64,000 nucleotides of DNA from Rhynchopus sp. YZ270_cl-10 (lineage: Eukaryota). The stretch is from positions 1,736,001 through 1,800,000 of the forward strand of contig OZ037840.1 in NCBI GenBank assembly GCA_964035575.1, given 5' to 3'. The stretch's first letter is position 1, and every line of letters starts with the position of its first letter. The notes under the pieces are model-generated. The model saw only the letters and a list, made by a program, of their open reading frames with translations. It ran no database searches and was not told where the DNA came from. Shown piece by piece: positions 46,788-59,081 of the stretch. The position numbers and the translations under genes are program-made.

Positions 46788-48425
46788 CAGTTACGTTTTC
46801 ACAGAAGAGCAATCTTAGGCCTTTTGTAGCTCTCCCCCAGGGGTCAAGGATACTTCAGGTGTTGAACCTGGCATAGGGTCTGCTTTGAGCCCCTCCTATG
46901 TTTCTTGAAAAAATTTTTAGGATGTCTGTGCAGCGAGGCATGTGACATCTCTTATCATATGTTTTGTTAGTTTTTTTCTAGACCAGTTTACTGTGTAACA
47001 GTAATTTGTTTTATTGTCATTTTTTTAATTTTTTTTTAAAAAAGGCGTCGTGACTTCACGACGTACCAACCCGCCCCCCATTGAGGGTTTTTTATTTCAT
47101 TTTTCCTGCACGACGGTGGTAGAGAGATATGTGCGAGAGAAGCATATTCACCACCTCACAACTTTTCTTTTTTTTTTTTGTTCTCCGTTCTCTTACTGTA
47201 CGGACCACCCACGTCCCACCTCTTTGCATGACCTCGACTGAGATGCGTTTTAGCATTTCAACCACTCTTTTGTTTCGCCCAATCATCATAGCTTTAAAGG
47301 AGAAATACTACCGTTAATGGTCTGGCTGAAGGGGAGTGATTCGCACTTTTTCCGCCCCCCTTTCAGCCACACCAGTTAAAAACACGTAAAAAATGTTGGA
47401 ATGCTTAAAAAATGCCCCACCGTTTCAACATTATTACGTTAACGGTAACCAAGGCACGGTGCCACATTCGCCCTGCAATAGTACATGATTAAATCAAAAT
47501 CATCTACAGGTGATCGAGGCATAGCTACGAAAAAGCTGCTCTTACACTGGGCTTTTTTTTTTACCTCTCGACGTTAATTCGTCTATCTTCTACTCGGACT
47601 TTTTGCTCTATTTTTCCTCCTGTGACCTCAGAAACGTTATTCTGAGTTCAAAGGAGCAAAAATCGAGCAAAAAGTCGGAATGGAAGTTATCTAATGTGCA
47701 AAAAATTCAAAAGGTTACCTTTTAGGTGGGGTTTATGGACTGACCCATATTTTGCGATCGTTTTTGGGTACGATCGTAAAATATGGTACTACGATCATAC
47801 CGTGTTTCCCCCCTTTTTTCGGTTATTATTTTCCTTCAAGACCCCTCATCACCCCATCACTCCCATCCCATACGCTTCAGTGTGGAGAGAAGATGCAGCC
47901 CGTTACGACTCCCTTCCCCTTTTTTTAAAAAACTGTTTTTTTTTCCGGGTATATCGGAAACGGTAGAAAGTGTCCTTTAAGTCTAATAAGACCTCAGGCT
48001 TCTTCACAAGGCAATGGTGCCTTTGTGAAAGCCCACAAGACCACTTTCCCTATGATATAAACCCTTTTTGTCTTTTTGTCTTGTTTGGGGGTCAGATACA
48101 TAGGTCAAGAGTCAATAGCAGGCTAGTGGCCAGTGTAAAAAAAAAGTATACAGCGGTCAAAGAAATGGTACGTCTACGAGAAGGCGCCCATACACAGATT
48201 ATTATTTTGTTCCCCTCGAGGAACCCGGAAGATCGCGCAACCCCTGCCTCGCACCCAATAAAAGCAAAAAGCGAAAGGAAGTAAATATGGGCAATCAAAA
48301 AATAATGTAACCTCCCCCTGTTTGACGAAATGCAATTCCGCAAACCCGCAAGACCTGCAAGAAGTACGCAAAATGGGCCAATATTTTCCCACACATTTCC
48401 CCTCTTCCAGGACTCAGCGATCAAT

Positions 48426-51400
48426 ATGTTACTAACAGCTAGCTTGCTAACTGTGGTGTCCACAGCACTCACGTGCACGGAACACTCCCCATCCTCCTGT
48501 GCCGAGGTGCAAGGCTGCATCTGGGACGATGCTCTCTCGCTCTGTGTCGACACAGCTTCACTCACAAATCAGAATGCCAGTTGTGCCTCCATCACAACGA
48601 GTGTCAATTGTAGTGCCGAAGGCTGTCACTGGACAGACCACGGCTGTGTCGTTGACAACACCACATGCGCGTTCTTGAACTTCACCGACTGCATTCTTGA
48701 CAGCAACTGCACATGGGACAACTCCACCGACACTTGCTTTGATGGAAACATGACCTGTGGAGACATCATGAACGCCACCACCTGTGTTGACGCGAACTGC
48801 ACATGGACAGGACAGGACTGCGTTGATGCAAATGCGACGTGTAACTCCTTCAACTACGTCGACTGCGTGACCGACAGCAACTGCACTTGGGACTACAACA
48901 TTAACGAGTGTTTCGATGCCAACCAGACGTGCGGTGAAATCACAAACCCCTGGTTCTGCTTTGATTCTGGATGCACTTGGATCGGAAACCACTGTGCTGA
49001 CGGAAACACATCTTGTCCTGACAGGGATATGTGGAGCTGTGCACGTGACCATAACTGCTCTTGGAACAGCTACACGAACACCTGCTTCGATGCGAACACG
49101 ACGTGTCCGAGCTACATCAAGACGTGGACGTGTGCCGCTCAGCCCAACTGCACATGGACCAACGACGGTTGTGTCGTTGACAACACCACATGCGCTTTCT
49201 TGAACTTCACCGACTGCATTCTTGACAGCAACTGCACATGGGACAACTCCACCGATACTTGCTTTGACGGAAACATGACCTGTGGAGACATCATGAACGC
49301 CACCACCTGTGTTGACGCGAACTGCACATGGACAGGACAGGACTGTGTTGATGCAAATGCGACGTGTAACTCCTTCAACTTCGTCGACTGCGTGACCGGC
49401 AGCAACTGCACTTGGGACTACAACATTAACGAGTGTTTCGATGCCAACCAGACGTGCGGTGAAATCACAAACCCCTGGTTCTGCTTTGATTCTGGATGCA
49501 CTTGGATCGGAAACCACTGTGCTGACGGAAACACATCTTGTCCTGACAGGGATCTGTGGAGCTGTGCACGTGACCACAACTGCTCTTGGAACAGCTACAC
49601 GAACACCTGCTTCGATGCGAACACGACGTGTCCGAGCTACGTGAAGACGTGGACGTGTGCCGCTCAGCCCAACTGCACATGGACCAACGACGGTTGTGTC
49701 GTTGACAACACCACATGCGCATTCTTGAACTTCACCGACTGCATTCTTGACAGCAACTGCACATGGGACAACTCCACCGATACTTGCTTTGACGGAAACA
49801 TGACCTGTGGAGACATCATGAACGCCACCACCTGTGTTGACGCGAACTGCACATGGACAGGACAAGACTGTGTTGATGCAAATGCGACATGCAACTCCTT
49901 CAACTTCGTCGACTGCGTGACCGACGGCAACTGCACTTGGGACTACAACATTAATGAGTGCTTTGAAGCCAACCAGACGTGCGGTGAAATCACAAGCCCC
50001 TGGTTCTGCTTTGATTCTGGATGCACTTGGATCGGAAACCACTGTGCTGACGGGAACACATCTTGTCCTGACAGGGATATGTGGAGCTGTGCACGTGACC
50101 ACAGCTGCTCTTGGAACAGCTACACGAACACCTGCTTCGATGCGAACACGACGTGTCCGAGCTACATCAAGACGTGGACGTGTGCCGCTCAGCCAGACTG
50201 CACATGGACCAACGACGGCTGTGTCGTTGACAACACCACATGCGCATTCTTGAACTTCACCGACTGCATTCTTGACAGCAACTGCACATGGGACAACTCC
50301 ACCGATACCTGCTTTGACGGAAACATGACCTGTGGAGACATCGTGAACGCCACCACCTGTGTTGACGCGAACTGCACATGGACAGGACAGGACTGTGTTG
50401 ATGCAAATGCGACGTGCAACTCCTTCAACTACGTCGACTGCGTGTCCGACACCAACTGCACTTGGGACTACAACATTAATGAGTGCTTTGAAGCCAACCA
50501 GACGTGCGAGGACATCACAAACTTCATGTTCTGCGTTGATTCTGGATGCACATGGATCGGAAACCACTGTGCTGACGGAAACACATCTTGTCCTGAGAGG
50601 GATCTGTGGAGCTGTGCACGTGACACGAACTGCACTTGGGACAGGTACACAAACACTTGTTTGGATGTGAACACGACGTGTCCGAGCTACGTGAAGACGT
50701 GGACATGTGCCGCTCAGCCAAACTGCACATGGTCAGACCACGGCTGTGTCGTTGACAACACCACATGCGCGTTCTTGAACTTCACCGACTGCATTCTTGA
50801 CAGCAACTGCACATGGGACAACTCCACCGACACTTGCTTTGACGGAAACATGACCTGTGGAGACATCATGAACGCCACCACCTGTGTTGACGCGAACTGC
50901 ACATGGACAGGACAGGACTGTGTTGATGCAAATGCGACATGCAACTCCTTCAACTTCGTCGACTGCGTGACCGACAGCAACTGCACTTGGTACTACAACA
51001 TTAATGAGTGCTTTGAAGCCGACCAGACGTGCGGTGAAATCACAAACCCCTGGTTCTGCTTTGATTCTGGATGCACTTGGATCGGAAACCACTGTGCTGA
51101 CGGGAACACATCTTGTCCTGAGAGGGATGGGTGGAGCTGTGCACGTGACCACAACTGCTCTTGGAACAGCTACACGAACACCTGCTTCGATGCGAACACG
51201 ACGTGTCCGAGCTACATCAAGACGTGGACGTGTGCCGCTCAGCCAAACTGCACATGGTCAGACCACGGCTGTGTGGTTGACAACACCACATGTGCGTTCT
51301 TGAACTTCACCGACTGCATTCTTGACAGCAACTGCACATGGGACAACTCCACCGACACCTGCTTCGACGGAAACATGACCTGTGGAGACATCATGAACGC

Positions 51401-51839
51401 CACCACCTGTGTTGACGCGAACTGCACATGGACAGGACAGGACTGCGTTGATGCAAGTATGCCTTGTGCTGATTTTGATGGTGCGAGCATTTGTGGAGGT
51501 AACTCAAACTGTGTGTGGTCAGGGACGTACTGTGCCTCCCGGAACCCCTGCACTCTGCACAGCGGAGTGGACGAGTGTACAGACCACGGGTGTTCTTGGT
51601 CCGCTGGTGAGTGCAAGCAGTCTAACGGCCTGCCTGTGTGGGTACTGCCTCTCAGTATTGCTGGTGGTGTGGCGCTGTTGGTAGTGGCGGCTGCGCTGGT
51701 GGTGATGAAGTACCGTCCTAGCGGGAATTCCTTTTCTTCACATGCTAAGTTGGATGATGTGGAGCACCTGAGAGAGCTCAGTGTGAACGATGTGTGTGAC
51801 AGCGAGAACGTGGTGTGTTATGAAGTAGCTGCATCGTAA
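48426..51839 (+). CDS. Cysteine-rich repeat type I membrane glycoprotein, paralog 2 (about 1137 aa)
   Basis: ATG at 48426 begins MLLTASLLTVVSTALTCTEHSPSSC; 5 full 525-bp units plus a partial one; same TM and C-terminal region as paralog 1. Confidence 0.92.
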   Translation: MLLTASLLTVVSTALTCTEHSPSSCAEVQGCIWDDALSLCVDTASLTNQNASCASITTSVNCSAEGCHWTDHGCVVDNTTCAFLNFTDCILDSNCTWDNSTDTCFDGNMTCGDIMNATTCVDANCTWTGQDCVDANATCNSFNYVDCVTDSNCTWDYNINECFDANQTCGEITNPWFCFDSGCTWIGNHCADGNTSCPDRDMWSCARDHNCSWNSYTNTCFDANTTCPSYIKTWTCAAQPNCTWTNDGCVVDNTTCAFLNFTDCILDSNCTWDNSTDTCFDGNMTCGDIMNATTCVDANCTWTGQDCVDANATCNSFNFVDCVTGSNCTWDYNINECFDANQTCGEITNPWFCFDSGCTWIGNHCADGNTSCPDRDLWSCARDHNCSWNSYTNTCFDANTTCPSYVKTWTCAAQPNCTWTNDGCVVDNTTCAFLNFTDCILDSNCTWDNSTDTCFDGNMTCGDIMNATTCVDANCTWTGQDCVDANATCNSFNFVDCVTDGNCTWDYNINECFEANQTCGEITSPWFCFDSGCTWIGNHCADGNTSCPDRDMWSCARDHSCSWNSYTNTCFDANTTCPSYIKTWTCAAQPDCTWTNDGCVVDNTTCAFLNFTDCILDSNCTWDNSTDTCFDGNMTCGDIVNATTCVDANCTWTGQDCVDANATCNSFNYVDCVSDTNCTWDYNINECFEANQTCEDITNFMFCVDSGCTWIGNHCADGNTSCPERDLWSCARDTNCTWDRYTNTCLDVNTTCPSYVKTWTCAAQPNCTWSDHGCVVDNTTCAFLNFTDCILDSNCTWDNSTDTCFDGNMTCGDIMNATTCVDANCTWTGQDCVDANATCNSFNFVDCVTDSNCTWYYNINECFEADQTCGEITNPWFCFDSGCTWIGNHCADGNTSCPERDGWSCARDHNCSWNSYTNTCFDANTTCPSYIKTWTCAAQPNCTWSDHGCVVDNTTCAFLNFTDCILDSNCTWDNSTDTCFDGNMTCGDIMNATTCVDANCTWTGQDCVDASMPCADFDGASICGGNSNCVWSGTYCASRNPCTLHSGVDECTDHGCSWSAGECKQSNGLPVWVLPLSIAGGVALLVVAAALVVMKYRPSGNSFSSHAKLDDVEHLRELSVNDVCDSENVVCYEVAAS

Positions 51840-52346
51840 GTAGGGTGTTACTCAGCCACAGAAACAGCTTGTGTCTGTTTGTTTACGTGTCTTGTATGTG
51901 TACCCTTTTATGTTGATCGATGGAACACTTGAAATATCATTTTTGAAGAAAATCGTCTTCAACAAATCATCCCCACTATTCCCTGTAGCCACATAGACAT
52001 CAATGGTAACTTTTTGTTTGTGGGGTCATTTGTCTCTGTCTGCCTCAATTTTCTGCACAGTTCCTTTTGAGAATTTGTGGAAAATATTTTGTTATTCCCC
52101 CTCTTTTTTATTGTATGGTTGTGTCTGTGAAACTTGTTTTTGGGGGTTCCCTAAAATATTGTAATGTCTATTTTTTCGTGTGCACAGGCATGTTAATGAT
52201 TCAGTTGTCATCTTTCTTTGCTTTCACACCGCGAACTGCAGTGCATGTTTTCTAATTAAAAACAGAGCACGTTTTGTGATCATTTTTATAGACAGTAGTA
52301 CGGAGCGTTTTACCCCTCTCAGGTTTCTTGTCTGCTGCACTCTATA

Positions 52347-53613
52347 CATACTAGGACCGCCCGAAATATATTTCGGGCGAATTCGGGAGAATTTTTCGGG
52401 CGCGGGTCCCGAGCACCCGAAATGTGCCCGAAATATATTTCGGGCGTTTTAAAGGGAATTTATACGCATTTCGGGCGAATTCGGGCGCATTTAGGGCGAA
52501 TTCGGGCACATTTCGGGCGAATTTGGGCGATTTCCGGCAGATTCGGGCGAATTCGGGCGCACAACCAGTGCATTGGAGTATCTTATGTGTGCTGGGAAGC
52601 ATGCCACCAGTGTAAAAATCTTACGCTTTATTTGAAAGATTGCCACAAAATTTGTTCACAGAAAAAAAAATCGAGCAAAATTCCTAGTAGAACCCAACTT
52701 ATATGAGTGCAGCTCTGTTAGCAGCCACGTATAAAACCGATTTCCCTAACAATTTACACGAAAATACCACTAAAAACGTAAAAAAAACGTAAAAATGCCA
52801 TTTTTTCACGTTTTTGGGCATCTCCTGAGCAACTACAGTAGGGGAGCCTATACCGGTAATTTTGGCTCCTTTTGATTTTAAATTGAAATTTCTAAGTCTT
52901 TTTTGACCTACGACCCCGGCAATGCATTTTTTGGGACTCTGTGGACTCAAATGAGCAAAAATTTAAACAAAATGCTGCCCGTTGGCACATTTAAACGCAC
53001 ATTTTGTTGAAAATTGTCATTTTACACTGGATTTGCCTTTGCCATTTTCAGTTTTTTTGCAGATTTTTTTCAAAAAAAAAATTGAAAAAAAAAGGCTCAA
53101 AAGTGCCTGAAACCCGGCGGAAAGTGATTTTTGGTGAGGAAAATAGGGTAGTTTCACCTATTTTTGCCTAACTACAGCCCGAAACACCCCCAGAATGGGT
53201 CAGAACCACCCTGTGACCCAAAAATTCACAAAAAATCACCCTGAAATACGAAAAAATAGTGAAAACCCGGTTCATAGTGTGTTTTGGGTGGGAATAAGCA
53301 AAGGATAGTCAGAAAACCCGTGATTTGGTGGTGATTCTCACGGGCCCCCAAAGTGCATTCAGGTGTCCAAAAGTTTTCAATTCTTGCTTATTTTGACAGA
53401 TTTGACATCAAATCTTTCCAAATATAAAAAGTTATTCACGAAAAATGAGTGGAACCCTACCTAGTCGATTTTCACTTAAGGAAAAAGCGCCCGAAATCGC
53501 CCGAAATCTGCATTTCGGGCGAATTCGGGCGCACAAAAACGCCCGAAATCCGCCCCTAATTCGCCCGAAATCGCCCGAAGTGCCCGAAATATATTTCGGG
53601 CGGTCCAAGTATG
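52347..53613. mobile_element. Non-autonomous CATAC-terminus element with near-perfect 6-bp TSD
   Basis: CATACTAGGACCGCCCGAAATATATTTCGGG / CCCGAAATATATTTCGGGCGGTCCAAGTATG; flanks TCTATA and TCTATG; (TTCGGGCG)n subterminal repeats. Confidence 0.8.
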
Positions 53614-54261
53614 TCTATGACACCCCATGACAAATAATATTTTTTCACATAAAGTGAGACAACAAACACCCGGGTAAAAAGTAAGTGTTTTGGGATTTCA
53701 AAGATCTATTAGACTAAGACGGTTTTTTGCCCCCTCCGATAATTGTTGTTTTACTGTATTTGCGACGCTATTTTTATGTCTTGCCTCCACACAGAGACGT
53801 GCATTCATGTATTGCATGAGCTCGACCGAGCTGCGTTTGAAGTGCGCCCCCTGGTATACGCAGATGGGGTGTCTTTTCTCCCCTGAATTTTGTCTCGAAA
53901 ATGGTTTTCTCCTCTTTCTCGCTGTCTTCCTTGGGGCCATTTTTTGAGACAAGGTCGTTGACGCTTGTTTCAAGAATATTTTTTCTTTTCACTTGAAAGT
54001 TTGTTGGGGGGCCAGATGGCCACGTTGCAGATGATTGTTGTGGATCACAGTATTCTTTTGACGGACACAATGTGTTCAAATTTTCTTTTTTCGAAACTAT
54101 TTTGAGATCGTTTCTTTTTTGACACAAAGGGGATAAAAACAATTATTCCCCGTTTTTTTCTCTCTTTTTCCCCCCCATTTTATTTTTTTTATCCCCCCTT
54201 TACTGGGGGGGAGGCGAATACAAGACCCCTTTATTTTTGGCCGTTTTCATAAAATGGGTCA

Positions 54262-55532
54262 GTCCATAAACCACCCCCCCCAAAAGGTAACCTGGGGTCC
54301 TTAATTTTATTTCATCTGGGTTCTACTGGGACTTTCTCCCCGATTTTTTTTTTAATGAACTCAGAGTTAAGTTTCTGGGTTCAATAAAAAAAACGACGAG
54401 CAAAAAGTCCAATTGGAAATATGATGGATACCCCCCGAGAGCAAAATAAACCAACGGTAAAAATTGGTACCCTTGGTTTCCTATCACTATTTATTTTGAA
54501 TGTGTGTTTTCGGGTTTAAATAGCTGTTTAGTGGGGTTCTACTCCACTAAATAAATCGAGCAAAAATATGGTGAACTCAGAGGAGGGGGTCATTCGGTTC
54601 GAAAAACGCTATTTCGGGCAATTAGAGCAAAAACAACGCCCTCAAATACAAGAATCAGTTTTGGAAAATCCCACTTTTTGGCTGAGTGGGTAAAGTAACC
54701 AGACCAGGTTGTGAAAAATAGCTGTTGGTTTTTTTTTGTTTGGGAAGATCGAGCGCGAAAACGTCCAAATACGTCATTTTTTTTGGAAAAAAATTACCCA
54801 GCAATTTTTCTAAAGACAAGGTCCCCGACCCCCATTTTCACAAAAAAATTGGCCTATTTCTACAGCCATATTTGTACGGCAAATCTCTAACACTATTTAT
54901 TTTGAATGTGTGTTTTCGGGTTTAAATAGCTGTTTAGTGGGGTTCTACTCCACTAAATACACCCACACACTCATCCAGGTTACTGCAGAAATACAGTTGG
55001 ACCGCGCGTCCCCCACGGGTGGTGTTCTTCCTGTGAAGGATGAGGGATATTCCTCTCGCTTTCCATAAAGCTTTGAACCACACGTCTTCCCGGAAACCCC
55101 TACGGTAACAACTGCGTGCCTTCGCGTAGGCAAGAACCTCCTTGCGAGTCTTCTCCCCTGAGAACTGCGTTTCCCCCAGAGCCCTAGCAAAGTCCAGTGC
55201 CCCTTGCACGGTTTTACTCACTTTTGCCATTTTTGTATTTGTTTTCATCCTGTTGTCAAGTAAGTTGTGTGGGAAATTATGGGAAAATGTAGGTTTCCTA
55301 TAGGAACCTATAGGAAACCAAGGGTACCAATTTTTACCGTTGGTTTATTTTGCTCTCGGGGGGTATCCATCATATTTCCAATTGGACTTTTTGCTCGTCG
55401 TTTTTTTTATTGAACCCAGAAACTTAACTCTGAGTTCATTAAAAAAAAAATCGGGGAGAAAGTCCCAGTAGAACCCAGATGAAATAAAAATAAGGACCCC
55501 AGGTTACCTTTTGGGGGGGGTGGTTTATGGAC
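54262..55532. mobile_element. Foldback-like element with about 223-bp inverted arms enclosing a 406-bp-period repeat
   Basis: 54262-54484 is a near-perfect reverse complement of 55310-55532; an internal direct repeat starts at 54485 and 54891. Confidence 0.8.
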
Positions 55533-56110
55533 CGTGCCAAATATATTTTAGAATAGATGACCCCAGTGGGCATGGGTGCAGCGTACAAGACACTAGTAGG
55601 GTCTTGTATTTAGCATACTGTAACAAAATTACTTTTTTGCGATATGCTAAATCCTAAAAGTTCTTGTATTCAACGGACCAGAAAATATTTATCTAATTTT
55701 ATGTTTGAAAACCCCCCTAAAAAAAGCGCTGACATGGTGAATACAGGGGGGGGCCCTTGAAGGGGGGGGGTCTTCTATTTGTCCCCCCCCAGTAAGTGTC
55801 CGAAGTTTTTTCGCAAGACGCTAGGAAAAAGCACGCCACTGTCGAACGGTCGTATTCCACTATTGCCACGTGCCCACATGCCGTGACCTGCAATGAGAGT
55901 ATTTTTGTCCGGGCTGAGTGTATGTGTTTTTTTCCCTTGCTTCTGTATCATCAACATTTTGTTTTGTTTTCCCCCTCCTTTGTTTTTCATGCGTGTTCAA
56001 CGCCAATACTCACCCCTTGTGATTGGTTTTGCATCCCATCCCCGTTTATTGTTGTGAATTCTTTTAGTACTGACCCTCCCCCATGAAATAATTTTAGTAC
56101 TAATAAATTA

Positions 56111-56626
56111 CTGTAAAATCGTTTAATTTGTGACACCCTAATTAACCGAGTTGAAATATCAGTCATAAATAAACTTTGTCACTCCCTAATAATATGTGTC
56201 ACATTAAATGATGATTTAATTTATGTTTATGGTTATTTTTGTGTCTACTTTTTAAAGTACGGCCTTGAGTGATACTTTCTGTATTAGCACTGCAACCGAT
56301 CCTCAGTAGACAGCAGATCCCCGTAGGGACGGAAGCGGCCGCGGCCGCTCACACACGAAGCCTTCCCGATATCAGCCAGTGCCAGCGGGAAAGTGTTGCT
56401 TCCTGTGCTCCGCAGAACCCCTTTGATCTGCAGCGTCTTTTCTCAAAACCAACAACCTGAACACCTTCTCCACTGCAGTATCAGAACCAGCTCCCCGTCT
56501 GTGGTCCCAAAACATAATTAAATCATCATTTGAATTTCACTTTAAGTCTTATATAATTTGTCATTTTGTCACCATTTTTGCCATTCTGTCACATTATTGT
56601 AGGTGACAAATTAAACGATTTTACAG
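56111..56626. mobile_element. pogo/Tc1-like non-autonomous element with TA TSD
   Basis: TA-CTGTAAAATCGTTTAATTTGT ... ACAAATTAAACGATTTTACAG-TA. Confidence 0.7.
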
Positions 56627-57425
56627 TACTCACTATTTTCTTTTCTTTTTCTGATGTCTTGCTCGCGGTGCTTACGATCGTATCAGTAGTGGTGTGTGAG
56701 CAGTTCCTGGCGTTTCTCTGCTACCATTCACCTGCAACGTTTTTAAGCGGCATTTTGATACATCCTCGTGCAAACGCATCACAAAAGTAGTCCACCAGTA
56801 CACCAGTACCTGGGCAGTTTTCCAAACACGTCAGCAGTATGTACAGGAACGGGCTTGGTTTAAAATATTTATTTATTTTCGAACAGGTTTTTTTAAAAAA
56901 ATAAAACCTCAAAAAACTTTGCTCGAAGGTGTATTTACCGCCTACTTCTTCGTCTGTGCCAACATCAAATTTGTTTTCGAAGTACCTGGGTACCTGGGAC
57001 CAAAGTACACCAGTACCAAGGTGACTGGGTGCCCAGACACACCACTGTACCACCCAGAATCCAGTCTCCCACCCAGAAAACCTACTCATACACCAGAAAG
57101 GTGAAAATGGCTACTGGACCAGAAAAGTAGCTGGAAAATGTTTTCGGTGACATGACACTTGTGACATATCGTAGGAAATCTTTTAGTATGCGCGAAGACG
57201 ATTCTTGTGCTCCTCATTCTCCCCACACTATGTCAATACAACAGGTTAGACCGTTTGGTCTGGGAGGGTTTGGGGTTTCTTCTTTCTCTCAGTTCAATCT
57301 TGAACAATTTCGAGAGGAGTTTTATTTATTTTTCAAAAAAAAAAAAAAAAAAAGAAAAAAGAAGTACAGAACATGTGAACAAGTGAGGTATTCTCACTGT
57401 CATGACGCTTCTCCGTCGTACGAGG

Positions 57426-58134
57426 ACACCTGCGCCGCCACAACAACTTTGGTATAAGAACCATTTGTTGTTTATTTTCTACACCTACGCCGCCACAACA
57501 ACTAGGTATAAGAACCTCTTGTTGTTTATTTTATACACATGCACCGCTACAACAACTAGGTATAAGAACCTCTTGTTGTTTATTTTCAACACTTACGCCG
57601 CCACAACAACAAGGTATAAGAACCTCTTGTTGTTTATTTTTCTACACATGCACCGCTGCAACAACTAGGTATAAGAACCTCTTGTTGTTTATTTTCAACA
57701 CTTACGCCGCCACAACAACTAGGTATAAGAGCCTCTTGTTGTTTATTTTATACACTTACGCCGCCACAACAACTAGGTATAAGAACCTCTTGTTGTTTAT
57801 TTTTCTACACATGCACCGCTGCAACAACTAGGTATAAGAACCTCTTGTTGTTTATTTTATACACTTACGCCGCCACAACAACTAGGTATAAGAACCTCTT
57901 GTTGTTTATTTTCAACACTTACGCCGCCACAACAACTAGGTATAAGAACCTCTTGTTGTTTATTTTATACACTTACGCCGCCACAACAACTAGGTATAAG
58001 AACCTCTTGTTGTTTATTTTCAACACTTACGCCGCCACAACAACTAGGTATAAGAACCTCTTGTTGTTTATTTTATACACCTACGCCGCCACAACAACTT
58101 TGGTATGAGAACCATTTGTTGTTTATTTCCACAC
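57426..58134 (+). repeat. 13 x about 54-bp tandem hairpin array
   Basis: Unit ACAC(TTACGCCGCC)ACAACAACTAGGT-ATAAGA-ACCTCTTGTTGTTTATTTT; each unit folds with ACAACAA/TTGTTGT and AGGT/ACCT stems. Confidence 0.95.
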
Positions 58135-59081
58135 CTTCGACCCTCAACCAAATTGAATCTTATACGGTAGCGGAACCCCTGATTCTACATTCTTTCGCCG
58201 CTCCGACAAATGTCCCTATAAGAAGGGCACCCCTCGCCGGTCTGCCGTGTTCTAGTCCCTAAAAGGAAGGTCACTCTGCTGACTTGGGTTTCAAGTCCCT
58301 ATAAGAAGGGCACCCTTTGGAGTTTTGGTCTGTGAAGATGCTGCCAGTTACAACACCCACACGCGCTGCGTATGCGAAAAACGTGCTCTACGACGCTGTT
58401 TTGCGCGCAGCCCAGAGTCAGCTTTAGGGGTTCAGTCAGCGTTTTTTGACGACATCATCCGGCCTACGGGGTTTGGCATTAATTTCGAAAGGCCTTCAAA
58501 GGCTGGGATATACACAGAGGACAGCAGTTACGTGGAGATTCCCGGATGTGCTGTCCAGATCTGCCAACACGGACACAGTACATTTACAATCACCCGCACC
58601 CCAGAGAAGTTTGTCTCGCAGTACCTAGAGGTGGCAGCCAGCTCCCTTCTCCGACCACCCCATCTGACCACCCAAGCCCACTCAAGTGCACAGAGCGCGA
58701 CACTCGCAAACGGCGACCTGTGAAGGAACCGCCCTCGACTTCCAAGGCGGCATCCTCTCAGACTGCCCTGCGTGGCCACCGGTGTCAGACATCAACAGGC
58801 TTTACTGCCCAGATGGTTTCAACACAAGGATGTCCAGGCATTTTCCTTCGTACCGTCGATTAAGGTCCTCGACACAGACGACAGGATTCAAAAAAGTTAC
58901 GTTTCCTGCCAAACTACAACATCGACTTCACGAGACAGTGTGCCTCATCATACTTTCAACTATGATGGCAAGCGGTTTTTTGGAGCCTGTGCCACATGCA
59001 CCGAAGTCCAAAAGGGGTGTGCGGATGTCGAAAAGTTTCTGCACCTTCTACCGTGCAGTCAACTATTTCCAGGGACTGCAG

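Noticed and set aside
39566..51684. Many repeated short and long alternative-frame or antisense ORFs (for example 48558-50567)
   Set aside because: Periodic shadows of the Cys-rich repeat genes.
57152..57457. Duplicated small ORF (also 61336-61557)
   Set aside because: Lies in terminal repeat A and runs through poly(A); no coding signature.
57402..58108. ORFs with (YAATTTRYKNLLLFI)n repeats
   Set aside because: A by-product of a 54-bp unit; 55-bp units break the frame.
57426..58134. CRISPR array (palindromic repeats at regular spacing)
   Set aside because: Intervening segments are only two or three recurring variants rather than unique spacers, there are no cas genes, and the context is eukaryotic.
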